Shown here: in pieces, positions 9,448 to 17,580 of the stretch | How the letters are laid out: every line of letters begins with the position of its first letter | Numbering within the stretch: the first letter of the stretch is position 1 | Assembly (NCBI GenBank): GCA_963718915.1 | Contig: CAVRAI010000004.1 | Coordinates: 300,001 to 332,000 of the forward strand | Length of the DNA: 32,000 nt | From: an uncultured Chloroflexia bacterium | Lineage (GTDB): Bacteria; Chloroflexota; Ktedonobacteria; Ktedonobacterales; JADMIN01 | Direction of reading: 5' to 3' | Program-made: the position numbers and the translations under genes | Notes under the pieces: generated by a model | What the model saw: only the letters and a program-made list of their open reading frames with translations | Told to the model about the DNA's origin: nothing | The model's database searches: none

Positions 9448-9615
9448 GAGGATGTTGGTGAACTGACACGGCTCCCCCCGGTGGCTTTCAGGCAGAGATG
9501 GTTCCTCCGCGTTGAGTGCCGGAGCGTCCGTAGAACGGCGCCACGAGTGAGTAGGTAGAGTTTGTTTTTGAGAAAGCTGGCCTCCCCGGCCAGGCATGAG
9601 GACTGAAGGAGCCTA

Positions 9616-10095
9616 GTGGCCACCAGGATTTACGTGGGCAATCTGCCCTACACGACGGACAATCAGCAGCTTGCGCAGCTTTTCGGCGCGTTTGGAGAGG
9701 TTTTGGACGCCGCGGTCATTATGGATCGCGCCACCGGTCAGAGCAAGGGTTTCGGATTTGTCGAGATGGCCGACGATGCGGCGGCGCAGAGCGCCATTCA
9801 GGCGCTCAACGGCACGATGGTCGGTAACCGGACGATTCGTGTGAACGAGGCTCAGCCGCGCGCTGAACGCGGTGGTGGTGGTGGCTACGGTGGCGGTGGC
9901 TACGGTGGCGGTGGCGGCGGCTACGGTGGTGGTGGCGGCGGTTATGGCGGCGGTGGTGGCTATGGCGGCGGAAGCAGCTATGGCGGCGGCCGTAGTGATC
10001 GCGGCGGTGGCCGTGGTGGTCGTGGCGGCGGTGGCGGCGGCTATGGCGGTGGCGGTTATGACGCCGGTGGCCGTGGTCGTAGCGATCGCTGGTAA
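9616..10095 (+). CDS. RRM-domain RNA-binding protein with glycine-rich (GGY/RGG) C-terminal tail
   Basis: RNP2 is IYVGNL and RNP1 is KGFGFVEM. About 70 residues of GGGYGGG/RGG repeats follow. GTG start with GAAGGAG RBS. Confidence 0.9.
   Translation: MATRIYVGNLPYTTDNQQLAQLFGAFGEVLDAAVIMDRATGQSKGFGFVEMADDAAAQSAIQALNGTMVGNRTIRVNEAQPRAERGGGGGYGGGGYGGGGGGYGGGGGGYGGGGGYGGGSSYGGGRSDRGGGRGGRGGGGGGYGGGGYDAGGRGRSDRW
9871..10080 (+). repeat. Low-complexity GGY/GGC coding repeat (the glycine-rich tail of the RRM protein)
   Basis: Reiterated ggtggcggtggctacggt / ggcggctatggc units. These generate spurious ORFs in the other frames and on the other strand. Confidence 0.8.
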
Positions 10096-10151
10096 CAGAC
10101 GCCAGTTGAACACAGTCTGTCGCAAGATGTTTTAGGCGTGGATTGTGGACG

Positions 10152-10187
10152 AGCCGGGTTCTCCTTGTCGGGAGAGTCCGGCTTTTG
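10152..10187 (+). terminator. Putative intrinsic terminator after the RRM protein gene
   Basis: AGCCGG-gt-TCTCC-ttgtcg-GGAGA-gt-CCGGCT, followed by TTTG and, a few nt later, a TTTTT run. It lies between convergent genes. Confidence 0.5.
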
Positions 10188-10208
10188 CATTCAATTTTTG
10201 AGCCTGGG

Positions 10209-10838
10209 TTAACCCACTGCCTGCGCGATTTCTTTCGCGCCCGCGGCGTTTCTGATCTTCTCCACCATCTCATCGGTGCTGATCACCTGGGCGATGATCC
10301 GCATCGAATACAGGGTCGCCTTCTGGAGGTCCGCCGCCGAAATACCCTCACCATCGCTCGTCGCTGTCGCGTCGCTCAGGAAGAAGACGTGGAACTCGCG
10401 TTGCATCGCCTCGCGCGCAGTCGTATCGTAACAAATATTGGTCTGGATGCCTGTGACGATGATGGTATCAATGCCGCGCGAGCGCAGGAGTAGTTCGAGG
10501 TCGGTGGCGTGGAACGCGCCGTAGCGTGGCTTCTCCATGCGGATGTCCCCTGGCTCGATGGACAGCCCCTGATGCCACGCGGCTCCCTCGCTCTCTGGAC
10601 TGCGAGCGCCCTCCTTCGCTTCCGGAACAAGCTCGCCAAAGACCCCCGCATTTGAGGCGTCAGGGAGCAGCACATGACGGACATGGACAACCAGAATGCC
10701 TGCCTCTCGACAGACCGCTGCCAGGCGGTTGATGCGGTCCAGGACAATCAGCCCGTCCGGCGCCTCGTCTACGAAGACGTTCTGCATATCTACGTTGATG
10801 AGCGCCATCCGCGCGGGAACCACAGGAAAGTTCACCAT
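10209..10838 (-). CDS. Isochorismatase-family cysteine hydrolase
   Basis: This is the C-terminal 209 codons of the 554-aa ORF, starting at ATG 10838 (MVNFPVVPARMALINVDMQNVF). Family motifs are INVDMQN and IIVTGIQTNICYDTTAREA. The start overlaps the rhomboid stop (ATGGTGA). Confidence 0.85.
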   Translation of the reverse strand: MVNFPVVPARMALINVDMQNVFVDEAPDGLIVLDRINRLAAVCREAGILVVHVRHVLLPDASNAGVFGELVPEAKEGARSPESEGAAWHQGLSIEPGDIRMEKPRYGAFHATDLELLLRSRGIDTIIVTGIQTNICYDTTAREAMQREFHVFFLSDATATSDGEGISAADLQKATLYSMRIIAQVISTDEMVEKIRNAAGAKEIAQAVG

Positions 10839-11512
10839 TGGAGATCTCCATTGCGTCCGAATAGCCTGTGGGCGTCCCAGAGTAGCAGCGCCGCGAGACC
10901 TGCGCCAGCGAGTGTCGCGCAGCCGTGAATATCGCGCATGCCCAGGAGCGCAACTGCGGCGGCAAGCCCTACGATGGCGGCGATGCGCGCTCGTGGGGTG
11001 GCTAACGAGAGCAGTTGCCATGCGAGCAATCCGCCGAGCAGGCCAAATAGCCCGACCGATGCGCCCGCGCCGAATGGCTGCCATGCGTAGCCAGCGATTT
11101 CCCCGGCGATGCCTCCGACGAGGTAGAGCAGCAACCAGCGCCAATGGCCGAAGATGCGCTCGGCGAGTATGCCAAACACTGCAATGGCTGTGAAATTGAA
11201 GATGATCTGTGACCAGCCGTCGGCGTGCACCAGGAGCGGCGAGATGAAGCGCCACCATTCTCCTGATGCGAGCGCCTGCGGATTGCGCCGCAGTGCCTCC
11301 AAAACACCCGGGAACGGAAACTGAAGGGCGGTAAAGATACCGGTGACGAGCAGTATGGCGGTCGTCATAAAGGGCCACTGACGTTTGCTCGTGGCCGCAG
11401 CGTGTGTCTTCCTGTTCGGCGCAAGCTTCCAGTCGCGAGGCGATGTGCCTATCAATCCATTGACGACAGCAGTCAGGATGACCGCATACAGCACATAGGG
11501 GATGATCTGCAA
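10832..11512 (-). CDS. Rhomboid-family intramembrane serine protease
   Basis: Polytopic membrane protein with WRFISPLLVHADGW, the catalytic GAGASVGLFGLLG motif and a downstream IHGCATLAG histidine. TTG start with GGAGG 6 nt upstream. Confidence 0.85.
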   Translation of the reverse strand: MQIIPYVLYAVILTAVVNGLIGTSPRDWKLAPNRKTHAAATSKRQWPFMTTAILLVTGIFTALQFPFPGVLEALRRNPQALASGEWWRFISPLLVHADGWSQIIFNFTAIAVFGILAERIFGHWRWLLLYLVGGIAGEIAGYAWQPFGAGASVGLFGLLGGLLAWQLLSLATPRARIAAIVGLAAAVALLGMRDIHGCATLAGAGLAALLLWDAHRLFGRNGDLQW

Positions 11513-11592
11513 AACAACCTCCGGCTTTACTCTTCATAATCTGTCGCACACGAACAACGCCCAGATCAAGGCGGACTGGCGAGCCAGCGTTA

Positions 11593-12246
11593 TCATTCCG
11601 CCTGTTCAGAAGTTGTAGCAAGCCATGTGTGGCCCTGCTCGATGTGGAGCCGTCCGGAGAGCAGCCATTCGAGCGCCAGTGGCAACAGCCGATGTTCCTC
11701 GACCAGGATGCGAGCCGAGAGGCTTTCGACGGTATCGTCGTCAAGCACGGGTACAGCAGCCTGAGCGACGATTGGCCCGGCGTCCACATCGGCGGTGACA
11801 ATATGCACTGTGCAGCCGCTGACCTTGACGCCCGCAGCCAGCGCGTCCGCCTGCGGCTTTGGCGCCATCCCACCCGCGAAGGCAGGCAGCAGAGAAGGGT
11901 GTACGTTGAGGATGCGATTGGGATAGGCGTCTACGACACTGGCATCGAGAATCGGCTTATAGCCCGCCAACGCAACCGCCCGCACGCGCGCTTCTTGCAG
12001 CGCGGCTATGATGACGGCTCCCGCCTCCACGCGCGACGCGAAGGATTTTGGCGAGATAGTGCGGGTTTCTGCCCCATGTTGGCGGGCGATGTCGAGTGCG
12101 GGCGCATCCGCCCGGCTGGAAATGACCAGCGCCACACGCGCATGCAACTCATCGCACTCGATGGCGTGAAAGATCGCCGCGAGGTTGCTGCCACGCCCAG
12201 ACACCAGTACCGCGAGCGCCGGGATTACGCCTTGCTCTTCGCTCAT
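11593..12246 (-). CDS. purN: Phosphoribosylglycinamide formyltransferase
   Basis: LAVLVSGRGSNL and NVHPSLLPAF motifs. The start overlaps the purM stop (ATGA). Confidence 0.9.
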   Translation of the reverse strand: MSEEQGVIPALAVLVSGRGSNLAAIFHAIECDELHARVALVISSRADAPALDIARQHGAETRTISPKSFASRVEAGAVIIAALQEARVRAVALAGYKPILDASVVDAYPNRILNVHPSLLPAFAGGMAPKPQADALAAGVKVSGCTVHIVTADVDAGPIVAQAAVPVLDDDTVESLSARILVEEHRLLPLALEWLLSGRLHIEQGHTWLATTSEQAE

Positions 12247-13277
12247 GCAAGTCCCTCTATCACCACACGTACGCCCGCATCAGGGGCTACCTCACCCACG
12301 CGGCGACCACCAGCGGCCTCCGTCTGAGCCAGCACGCGCGCCTCGTGCTCCGGGTGGCAGAAAATCAGGAAGCCAAGGCCAAGGTTGAAGACACGCTGCA
12401 TCTCCTCCCACGCAATATTGCCCTGGCGCTGTATCAGTCGGAAGATAGGCAGGATGTCCCAGGTCGAGGCGTCGAGTCGAACGGTTAGCCCCTCAGGCAC
12501 AACACGCGGAAGATTATCGGTGAGGCCGCCGCCAGTGATATGCGCCATCCCCGTCACCATTCGGTCGTTGACCAGTGGCAACACCTCATGAAGGTAGGAT
12601 CGATGGGGTTGAAGCAGTTCATCGCCGAGCGTGCGCCCCAGTTCTGGCACAGGTGCGTTGAGGTCGGCATCGGCGAAGACGGCGCGTGCGAGTGAGTAGC
12701 CATTGGTATGCAGACCAAGTGAGGGCAGTCCGATGACGACATCGCCCGCCTGGATGTTCTCGCCGCTCACGAGGTGATCGCGCTCGGCCAGCCCAACGAT
12801 GCATCCAGCGAGATCGTATTCGCCTGTCGCGTAGAAACCCGGCATTGCGGCTGTCTCGCCGCCGATGAGCGCGCATCTCGCCTCACGACAAGCCGCCGCG
12901 ACCCCACCGACGACGGCTGCCGCCTGATCGGCATCCATCGCGCCAAGCGCGAGGTAATCGAGGAAGAAGAGAGGACGCGCGCCACAGACGAGGATATCGT
13001 TGATACAATGGTTGACCAGGTCGGCGCCGACCGACTCGTGACGATTGAGGGCAAAGGCGATCTTGAGCTTGGTGCCGACGCCATCAATGGATGAGACGAG
13101 TACCGGCTCGCGCAGTCCGCTGGTATCCAGCGCGAAGAGGCCGCCAAATCCGCCCATCGCGCCCAGAACCTCTGGGCCGTGGGTTGTGCGAATGGCTGCG
13201 CGCATCGCGTGTTTCGCCGCGTCGGCGGCGTCAAGGTTCACGCCCGCTTTGGCGTAGGCCTCAGCCGACTGCGTCAT
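12243..13277 (-). CDS. purM: Phosphoribosylformylglycinamidine cyclo-ligase (AIR synthetase)
   Basis: ORF 12243..13340 trimmed to ATG 13277 (MTQSAEAYAKAGVNLDA), with a GGGAGA RBS. The SIDGVGTKLKIA motif is present. Confidence 0.9.
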   Translation of the reverse strand: MTQSAEAYAKAGVNLDAADAAKHAMRAAIRTTHGPEVLGAMGGFGGLFALDTSGLREPVLVSSIDGVGTKLKIAFALNRHESVGADLVNHCINDILVCGARPLFFLDYLALGAMDADQAAAVVGGVAAACREARCALIGGETAAMPGFYATGEYDLAGCIVGLAERDHLVSGENIQAGDVVIGLPSLGLHTNGYSLARAVFADADLNAPVPELGRTLGDELLQPHRSYLHEVLPLVNDRMVTGMAHITGGGLTDNLPRVVPEGLTVRLDASTWDILPIFRLIQRQGNIAWEEMQRVFNLGLGFLIFCHPEHEARVLAQTEAAGGRRVGEVAPDAGVRVVIEGLA

Positions 13278-13435
13278 CGTATCTTCTCCCGTTGGCATCT
13301 GATTGGCAGCCTTCGGCCATACATGGCCAACCTGTCGCATAGTGGCGAGCAGGACGGCAAAGCGGTTCTGATGGGCGTTTACGTCCCATCGTTGATACCC
13401 CGACTTTCAAGGCCAGGCCCGCGCTCACTAGCTCA

Positions 13436-13801
13436 CTAGCGCGCATCCAGTAGCCGCAAGAGTTCGTCGGCGCTGGCGCGGACTGTATGGCGGACGCGCC
13501 CAAGACTAGCCGCACTCTCCGCCAGCGTCACGACGGCGGCAAAGTCTCCGAGCGGCTCAACCGTGATGAGCGCGTGGTCATATTCGCAGATCGTGCCGAC
13601 GGTGAGGCTCTGGCCCAGTTCGCGACCCAGCGCCTCCGCCGTGCCCAGCGCACTGGCGCCCAGCGCGCCCAGCGCCTCCAGAAAGCGCGGATCGCCACGT
13701 CCGGCCAGCTCGATAGGCAAGCCCTCGCGTCCGACCAGTACTGTCGCCTGGACTCCCGGCACCGTCAGCACGCGCCCAAGTATATCGCGCAGGCTTGCCA
13801 T
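13436..13801 (-). CDS. Roadblock/LC7 (MglB-like) domain protein
   Basis: 121 aa. L..L...PGV.ATVLVGREGLPIE...ALGA... has the typical Roadblock/LC7 layout. Strong GGAGG RBS 6 nt upstream of the ATG. Confidence 0.75.
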   Translation of the reverse strand: MASLRDILGRVLTVPGVQATVLVGREGLPIELAGRGDPRFLEALGALGASALGTAEALGRELGQSLTVGTICEYDHALITVEPLGDFAAVVTLAESAASLGRVRHTVRASADELLRLLDAR

Positions 13802-13864
13802 TCCAGTCCTCCACTCATCCAGACGCTATCAATGCCAGTCTATGCCGAAATCACGATAGCTGTG

Positions 13865-15442
13865 CTAGCGGGTTGCCGTCGTCATCGGCTCCAGCGCGAA
13901 TTTGTCCGCATCGTCCATATTCACCGGCACCGGATAGTTCCCGGTGAAGCAGCCCATACAAAACGTCGAGTGCGGCAGATCTATCGCCGCGACCAGGCCG
14001 TCCAGGCTGAGATAATGCAGACTGTCGGCGCCTACTTCGCGGGCAATGTCCGCCGCATCGTCCAGGCGCGCGGCGATCAACTCAGAGCGGCGAGCGACAT
14101 CCAGCCCAAGATAGCACGGAAAGCGGAACGGCGGCGACGAGACACCGAGATGCACCTCGACCGCTCCAGCGTCACGCAGGAGCCGAACCAGTTGTCGGGT
14201 CGTTGTGCCACGCACGATGCTATCGTCGATCACCACCACACGCTTGCCCTTGAGCACCGCGCCAAGCGCATTGTACTTCATCTTCACGCCAAGCTGGCGC
14301 AGAATCTGATCCGGCTGGATGAACGTCCGGCCGATGTAGCGGTTCTTGATGAGACCATCGGCGAAGGGCATCTTGCGCGCGGCGGCGTATCCAGCGGCGG
14401 CGGGCGAGGCCGAGTCTGGCACCGGAATCACGATATCCGCCGCGACGGGAAATTCCTTTGCCAGTTGCTCGCCCATCCGCTGACGAGCCAGGTAGAGCGA
14501 GCGATTATTGATCGTACTGTCGGGCCGGGCGAAGTAAATGTATTCGAAGAGACATGCCGCCATGCCTTTAGACGCCTGACCCTCGAACGCCTGCATGCCC
14601 TCGGGGCCATCGCCGCTGATAACGATGACCTCGCCCGGCTCCACGTCGCGGATGGACTCGCCGCCGACGGTCTCGATGGCGCACGTCTCCGACGCAATCA
14701 TCCAGTGATTGTGCAGGCGACCGATGGTAAGCGGGCGCACTCCGTGGGGATCGCGGATGCCAATCACCTCAGTTGGCGTGAGCAACACCAGGCTGTAGGC
14801 GCCTTCCAGTTGTGGCATCACAGCCTGAATCTTTTCGAGATAGGTCTTGCCAGACGCTCGGGCAATCAGCATGGCAATCAGCTCGGTATCGCTGCTCGAG
14901 TGCGGTTTCTCGCCGTCGGCCAGCAGCCGTGCCCGCAGCGTCAGGGTGTTGGTGAGATTGCCATTGTGTGCGAGGGCGAATTCGCCGAGATCGCTCACCA
15001 TATAGACGGGCTGGGCGTTCTCGATGCGGGTGCTGCCAGTGGTTGAGTAGCGCGTATGGCCGATGGCGACATGGCCTGTCAGGCTGGCGATAGTCTCCTC
15101 TTTGAACACCTGGCTGACGAGGCCCATCTCGACATGGCGGTGGAGTTGCGCGCCGTCGCCGGTGAAAATACCAGCGCTTTCTTGCCCACGATGTTGCAGG
15201 GCGAATAGGGCAAAGAACGTGAGTCGGGCTACGTCCTCGCCCGGCGCATAGATGCCAAAGACGCCACACGCCTCATGGGGACGGTCTGGCTCGTCATTCA
15301 GCAGCACATTCAGGGTATCGTCGTCAATCAAGGCGCTCTGTGCGCTATCCGGGTTGTCATTCAGCATGTCGTCAGCTACCACCAACTCCCTGCCAGGCTG
15401 GCCGCCCAGATTGGGTTGCCCGCTGGCCGCGTGGGTGTGCAT
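13865..15442 (-). CDS. purF: Amidophosphoribosyltransferase
   Basis: Contains the catalytic CGVFGIY...LQHRGQESAGI motif, the PRPP loop VVVIDDSIVRGTT, and a C-terminal Cys cluster (CMGCFTGNYP). The start is uncertain: GTG 15469, ATG 15442 (GAGAGG RBS, favoured) or ATG 15367. Confidence 0.9.
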   Translation of the reverse strand: MHTHAASGQPNLGGQPGRELVVADDMLNDNPDSAQSALIDDDTLNVLLNDEPDRPHEACGVFGIYAPGEDVARLTFFALFALQHRGQESAGIFTGDGAQLHRHVEMGLVSQVFKEETIASLTGHVAIGHTRYSTTGSTRIENAQPVYMVSDLGEFALAHNGNLTNTLTLRARLLADGEKPHSSSDTELIAMLIARASGKTYLEKIQAVMPQLEGAYSLVLLTPTEVIGIRDPHGVRPLTIGRLHNHWMIASETCAIETVGGESIRDVEPGEVIVISGDGPEGMQAFEGQASKGMAACLFEYIYFARPDSTINNRSLYLARQRMGEQLAKEFPVAADIVIPVPDSASPAAAGYAAARKMPFADGLIKNRYIGRTFIQPDQILRQLGVKMKYNALGAVLKGKRVVVIDDSIVRGTTTRQLVRLLRDAGAVEVHLGVSSPPFRFPCYLGLDVARRSELIAARLDDAADIAREVGADSLHYLSLDGLVAAIDLPHSTFCMGCFTGNYPVPVNMDDADKFALEPMTTATR

Positions 15443-15591
15443 GCGCATACCTCTCTTCTGGTTGTCCACTGGCTATGAATACCTCGCTACCAGATGACAG
15501 AACCTATACAATTTTACCGCATGCTGCCGGACATCTCCAAATCCAATAGTCCTGTGCAGCACTGGCAGATTTCTCCCAGAAGAAATGATGC

Positions 15592-15620
15592 TTGCGGCTC
15601 GAAGTGTCGGGGCGTACACT
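15592..15620 (+). promoter_or_regulatory. Putative promoter of the ABC-F gene, giving a very short leader
   Basis: TTGCGG (15592..15597), a 17-nt spacer, then TACACT (15615..15620). The ATG is only 10 nt after the -10 element. Confidence 0.3.
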
Positions 15621-15630
15621 AAACAGTGCC

Positions 15631-17532
15631 ATGTCTATTGCCGTAATTACCAATCTCACGAAATCCTATGGCGCCGAGCTAATCCTGCAAGGCGTCTCTT
15701 TCCGCGTGGATGCGCGCGACCGCATTGGCCTCGTCGGCCCCAACGGCGCGGGCAAGTCGACACTACTCAATCTGCTTGCGGGACGGCTGGATCCGGATGG
15801 TGGCGAGATTGCCTATGCGCAGGGCGCCATCATCGGCTATCTGCCACAGGTGGCGGAATTCAAACCGCACCATACCCTCTACGAAGAGATGCTGGCATCG
15901 TTGGAGCATATCCACATCTGGGAGCGCGAGATGGCCGATCTCGCGGCTCGTATGAGCGATCTCGACGTGCTCGCCGATGGCGACGGGTATAACGCCATCC
16001 TGGAACGCTATGCGGATTTGCAGTCCCGTTTCGAGCATGCGGGTGGCTATACGTTGGAGCAGCGCGTCCAGCAGGTGCTGGATGGCCTCGGCTTTAGCCG
16101 TGAGCAGCAATCCGCTCCCGCCGCGCATCTGAGCGGTGGCCAGCAGACACGCGCCGCCCTGGGCAAGCTGCTGCTACAGGAGCCGGAGCTATTGTTGCTA
16201 GACGAGCCAACTAATCACCTTGATCTGGCGGCGCTTGAATGGTTAGAGGGCTACCTCAACGCCTGGCAGGGCGCGGTGCTCGTCGTCTCGCACGACCGCT
16301 ATTTTCTGGATCGTGTGACCGAGCGCACCATCGAGGTGGATCGCCATCAGGCGGAGGTCTATCCTGGCAACTACACCAAATTCATCCAGTTGCGCGCCGA
16401 AAAGCTGGAGCGCTGGGCCAAAGACTACGAAGAGCAGCAGGAACACATCGCACGAACCGAGGAGTTCGTTCGCCGCTATAAGGCGGGACAACGCAGCAAA
16501 GAGGCGCGTGGCCGCCAGAAGATGCTCGACAAGCTCGAACGCATCGAGCGGCCGCCCATTGCGGGCAAGCTCAAGTTCCACATGGGCGCGCAGATCGAGT
16601 CGGGCCAGATCGTCCTGACGACCGACAAGCTGGTGGTGGGCTTCTCGGCCAGCGCACGCGGCGCTGCTGTGCGGGTGCGGGTCGCCGATATCCAGGTGGA
16701 GCGGGGCGAGCGCATCGGCCTGATTGGCCCGAATGGCGGCGGCAAGACGACGCTCCTGCGTACGTTGATTGGCCAGATCGAGCCATTGGAAGGGCGTGCC
16801 ATCCTTGGTCACAACGTGCAGATTGGCTATTATGCGCAAACGCATGACAACCTCAATCCGCGGGCGATCCTGCTCGACGAGATTCGTGGCGCCAGCCACC
16901 TGAGCGAAGAGGGCGCGCGTAGCTATCTAGGCCGCTTCCTCTTCAGCGGTGACGATGTCTTCAAGCCGGTTGGCGCGTTGAGTGGCGGCGAGCGCAGCCG
17001 ACTGGCGCTGGCGAAACTGACACTGCAAGGGGCGAATTTCCTGGTGCTGGACGAACCGACGAACCATCTCGATCTTCCCGCGCGTCAGGTGCTCGAAGTG
17101 GTGCTGGCGACCTACACGGGCACGCTGATCTTCGTCTCACACGACCGCTATTTTGTGGATGCGCTGGCGACGACAGTCTGGGTGCTCGAAGATGGCGTGA
17201 TCGGTGCGTACGTCGGCAATTACAGCGCCTGGCGCACGCGCAAGATGCTGGCGCAGAACGCCGCCGCAATCCAGTCAGCTCGCGGGGCAGCGTCCACTCG
17301 TCATGTGAGACAGCGAGGCGCCGAGACCGCGGCAGCACAGGGGCGTACAGTAGACCAGGTGGAGACGGAGATTGGCGCGCAGGAGGCTGCACTGGCGCGG
17401 TTGGAACAGGGGCTCGCGGAGGCCAGCGCCGCCGCCGATGTCACGCGCATCAACGAGCTTGCGGCGGAGTATGAGGCTACACGCGAGCGGCTCGGCGTGC
17501 TTTACCAGCAGTGGCAGGAGCTGGCGAGCTAA
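15631..17532 (+). CDS. ABC-F family ATPase (Uup/YfmR-like translation factor type, no membrane domain)
   Basis: Two ABC cassettes: Walker A GPNGAGKST and GPNGGGKTT, with signatures LSGGQQTR and LSGGERSR. A charged inter-domain linker and a C-terminal coiled-coil are present. Trimmed to ATG 15631 (MSIAVITNL). Confidence 0.9.
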   Translation: MSIAVITNLTKSYGAELILQGVSFRVDARDRIGLVGPNGAGKSTLLNLLAGRLDPDGGEIAYAQGAIIGYLPQVAEFKPHHTLYEEMLASLEHIHIWEREMADLAARMSDLDVLADGDGYNAILERYADLQSRFEHAGGYTLEQRVQQVLDGLGFSREQQSAPAAHLSGGQQTRAALGKLLLQEPELLLLDEPTNHLDLAALEWLEGYLNAWQGAVLVVSHDRYFLDRVTERTIEVDRHQAEVYPGNYTKFIQLRAEKLERWAKDYEEQQEHIARTEEFVRRYKAGQRSKEARGRQKMLDKLERIERPPIAGKLKFHMGAQIESGQIVLTTDKLVVGFSASARGAAVRVRVADIQVERGERIGLIGPNGGGKTTLLRTLIGQIEPLEGRAILGHNVQIGYYAQTHDNLNPRAILLDEIRGASHLSEEGARSYLGRFLFSGDDVFKPVGALSGGERSRLALAKLTLQGANFLVLDEPTNHLDLPARQVLEVVLATYTGTLIFVSHDRYFVDALATTVWVLEDGVIGAYVGNYSAWRTRKMLAQNAAAIQSARGAASTRHVRQRGAETAAAQGRTVDQVETEIGAQEAALARLEQGLAEASAAADVTRINELAAEYEATRERLGVLYQQWQELAS

Positions 17533-17553
17533 GTGGTTGTCGCCTCTGCACTG

Positions 17554-17580
17554 AGGCTGTCTCAGCCTTAATGTGGTTTT
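17554..17580 (+). terminator. Weak candidate terminator after the ABC-F gene
   Basis: AGGCTG-tct-CAGCCT followed by taatgtggTTTT. The stem is short and the loop only 3 nt. Confidence 0.2.

Noticed and set aside
9613-10273. Several ORFs (170 aa, 155 aa, 87 aa) made of Ala/Thr, His/Arg or Val/Ala repeats
   Set aside because: They are alternative-frame or antisense readings of the GGY/GGC nucleotide repeat that encodes the glycine-rich tail of the RRM protein.
10209-11873. A 554-aa ORF, the longest on the minus strand in this area
   Set aside because: Only its last 209 codons look like a protein (isochorismatase family, with its own ATG overlapping the rhomboid stop). The upstream 345 codons are Arg/Ala/Ser-rich and run out of frame through the well-supported rhomboid and purN genes. 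This is a high-GC read-through artefact.
13278-13435. A possible purine or ZTP riboswitch in the pur block (I also checked 15470..15590 upstream of purF)
   Set aside because: I could not find the conserved cores of the purine riboswitch or of the ZTP (pfl) motif on the relevant strand. Only generic hairpins are present.
13487-15046. A 519-aa plus-strand ORF
   Set aside because: It is antisense to purF, whose motifs are unambiguous. Its composition is Arg/Ala/His-rich with no motifs, which marks it as a typical shadow ORF in GC-rich DNA.
16243-16899. A 218-aa minus-strand ORF
   Set aside because: It is antisense to the ABC-F gene and is a shadow ORF.
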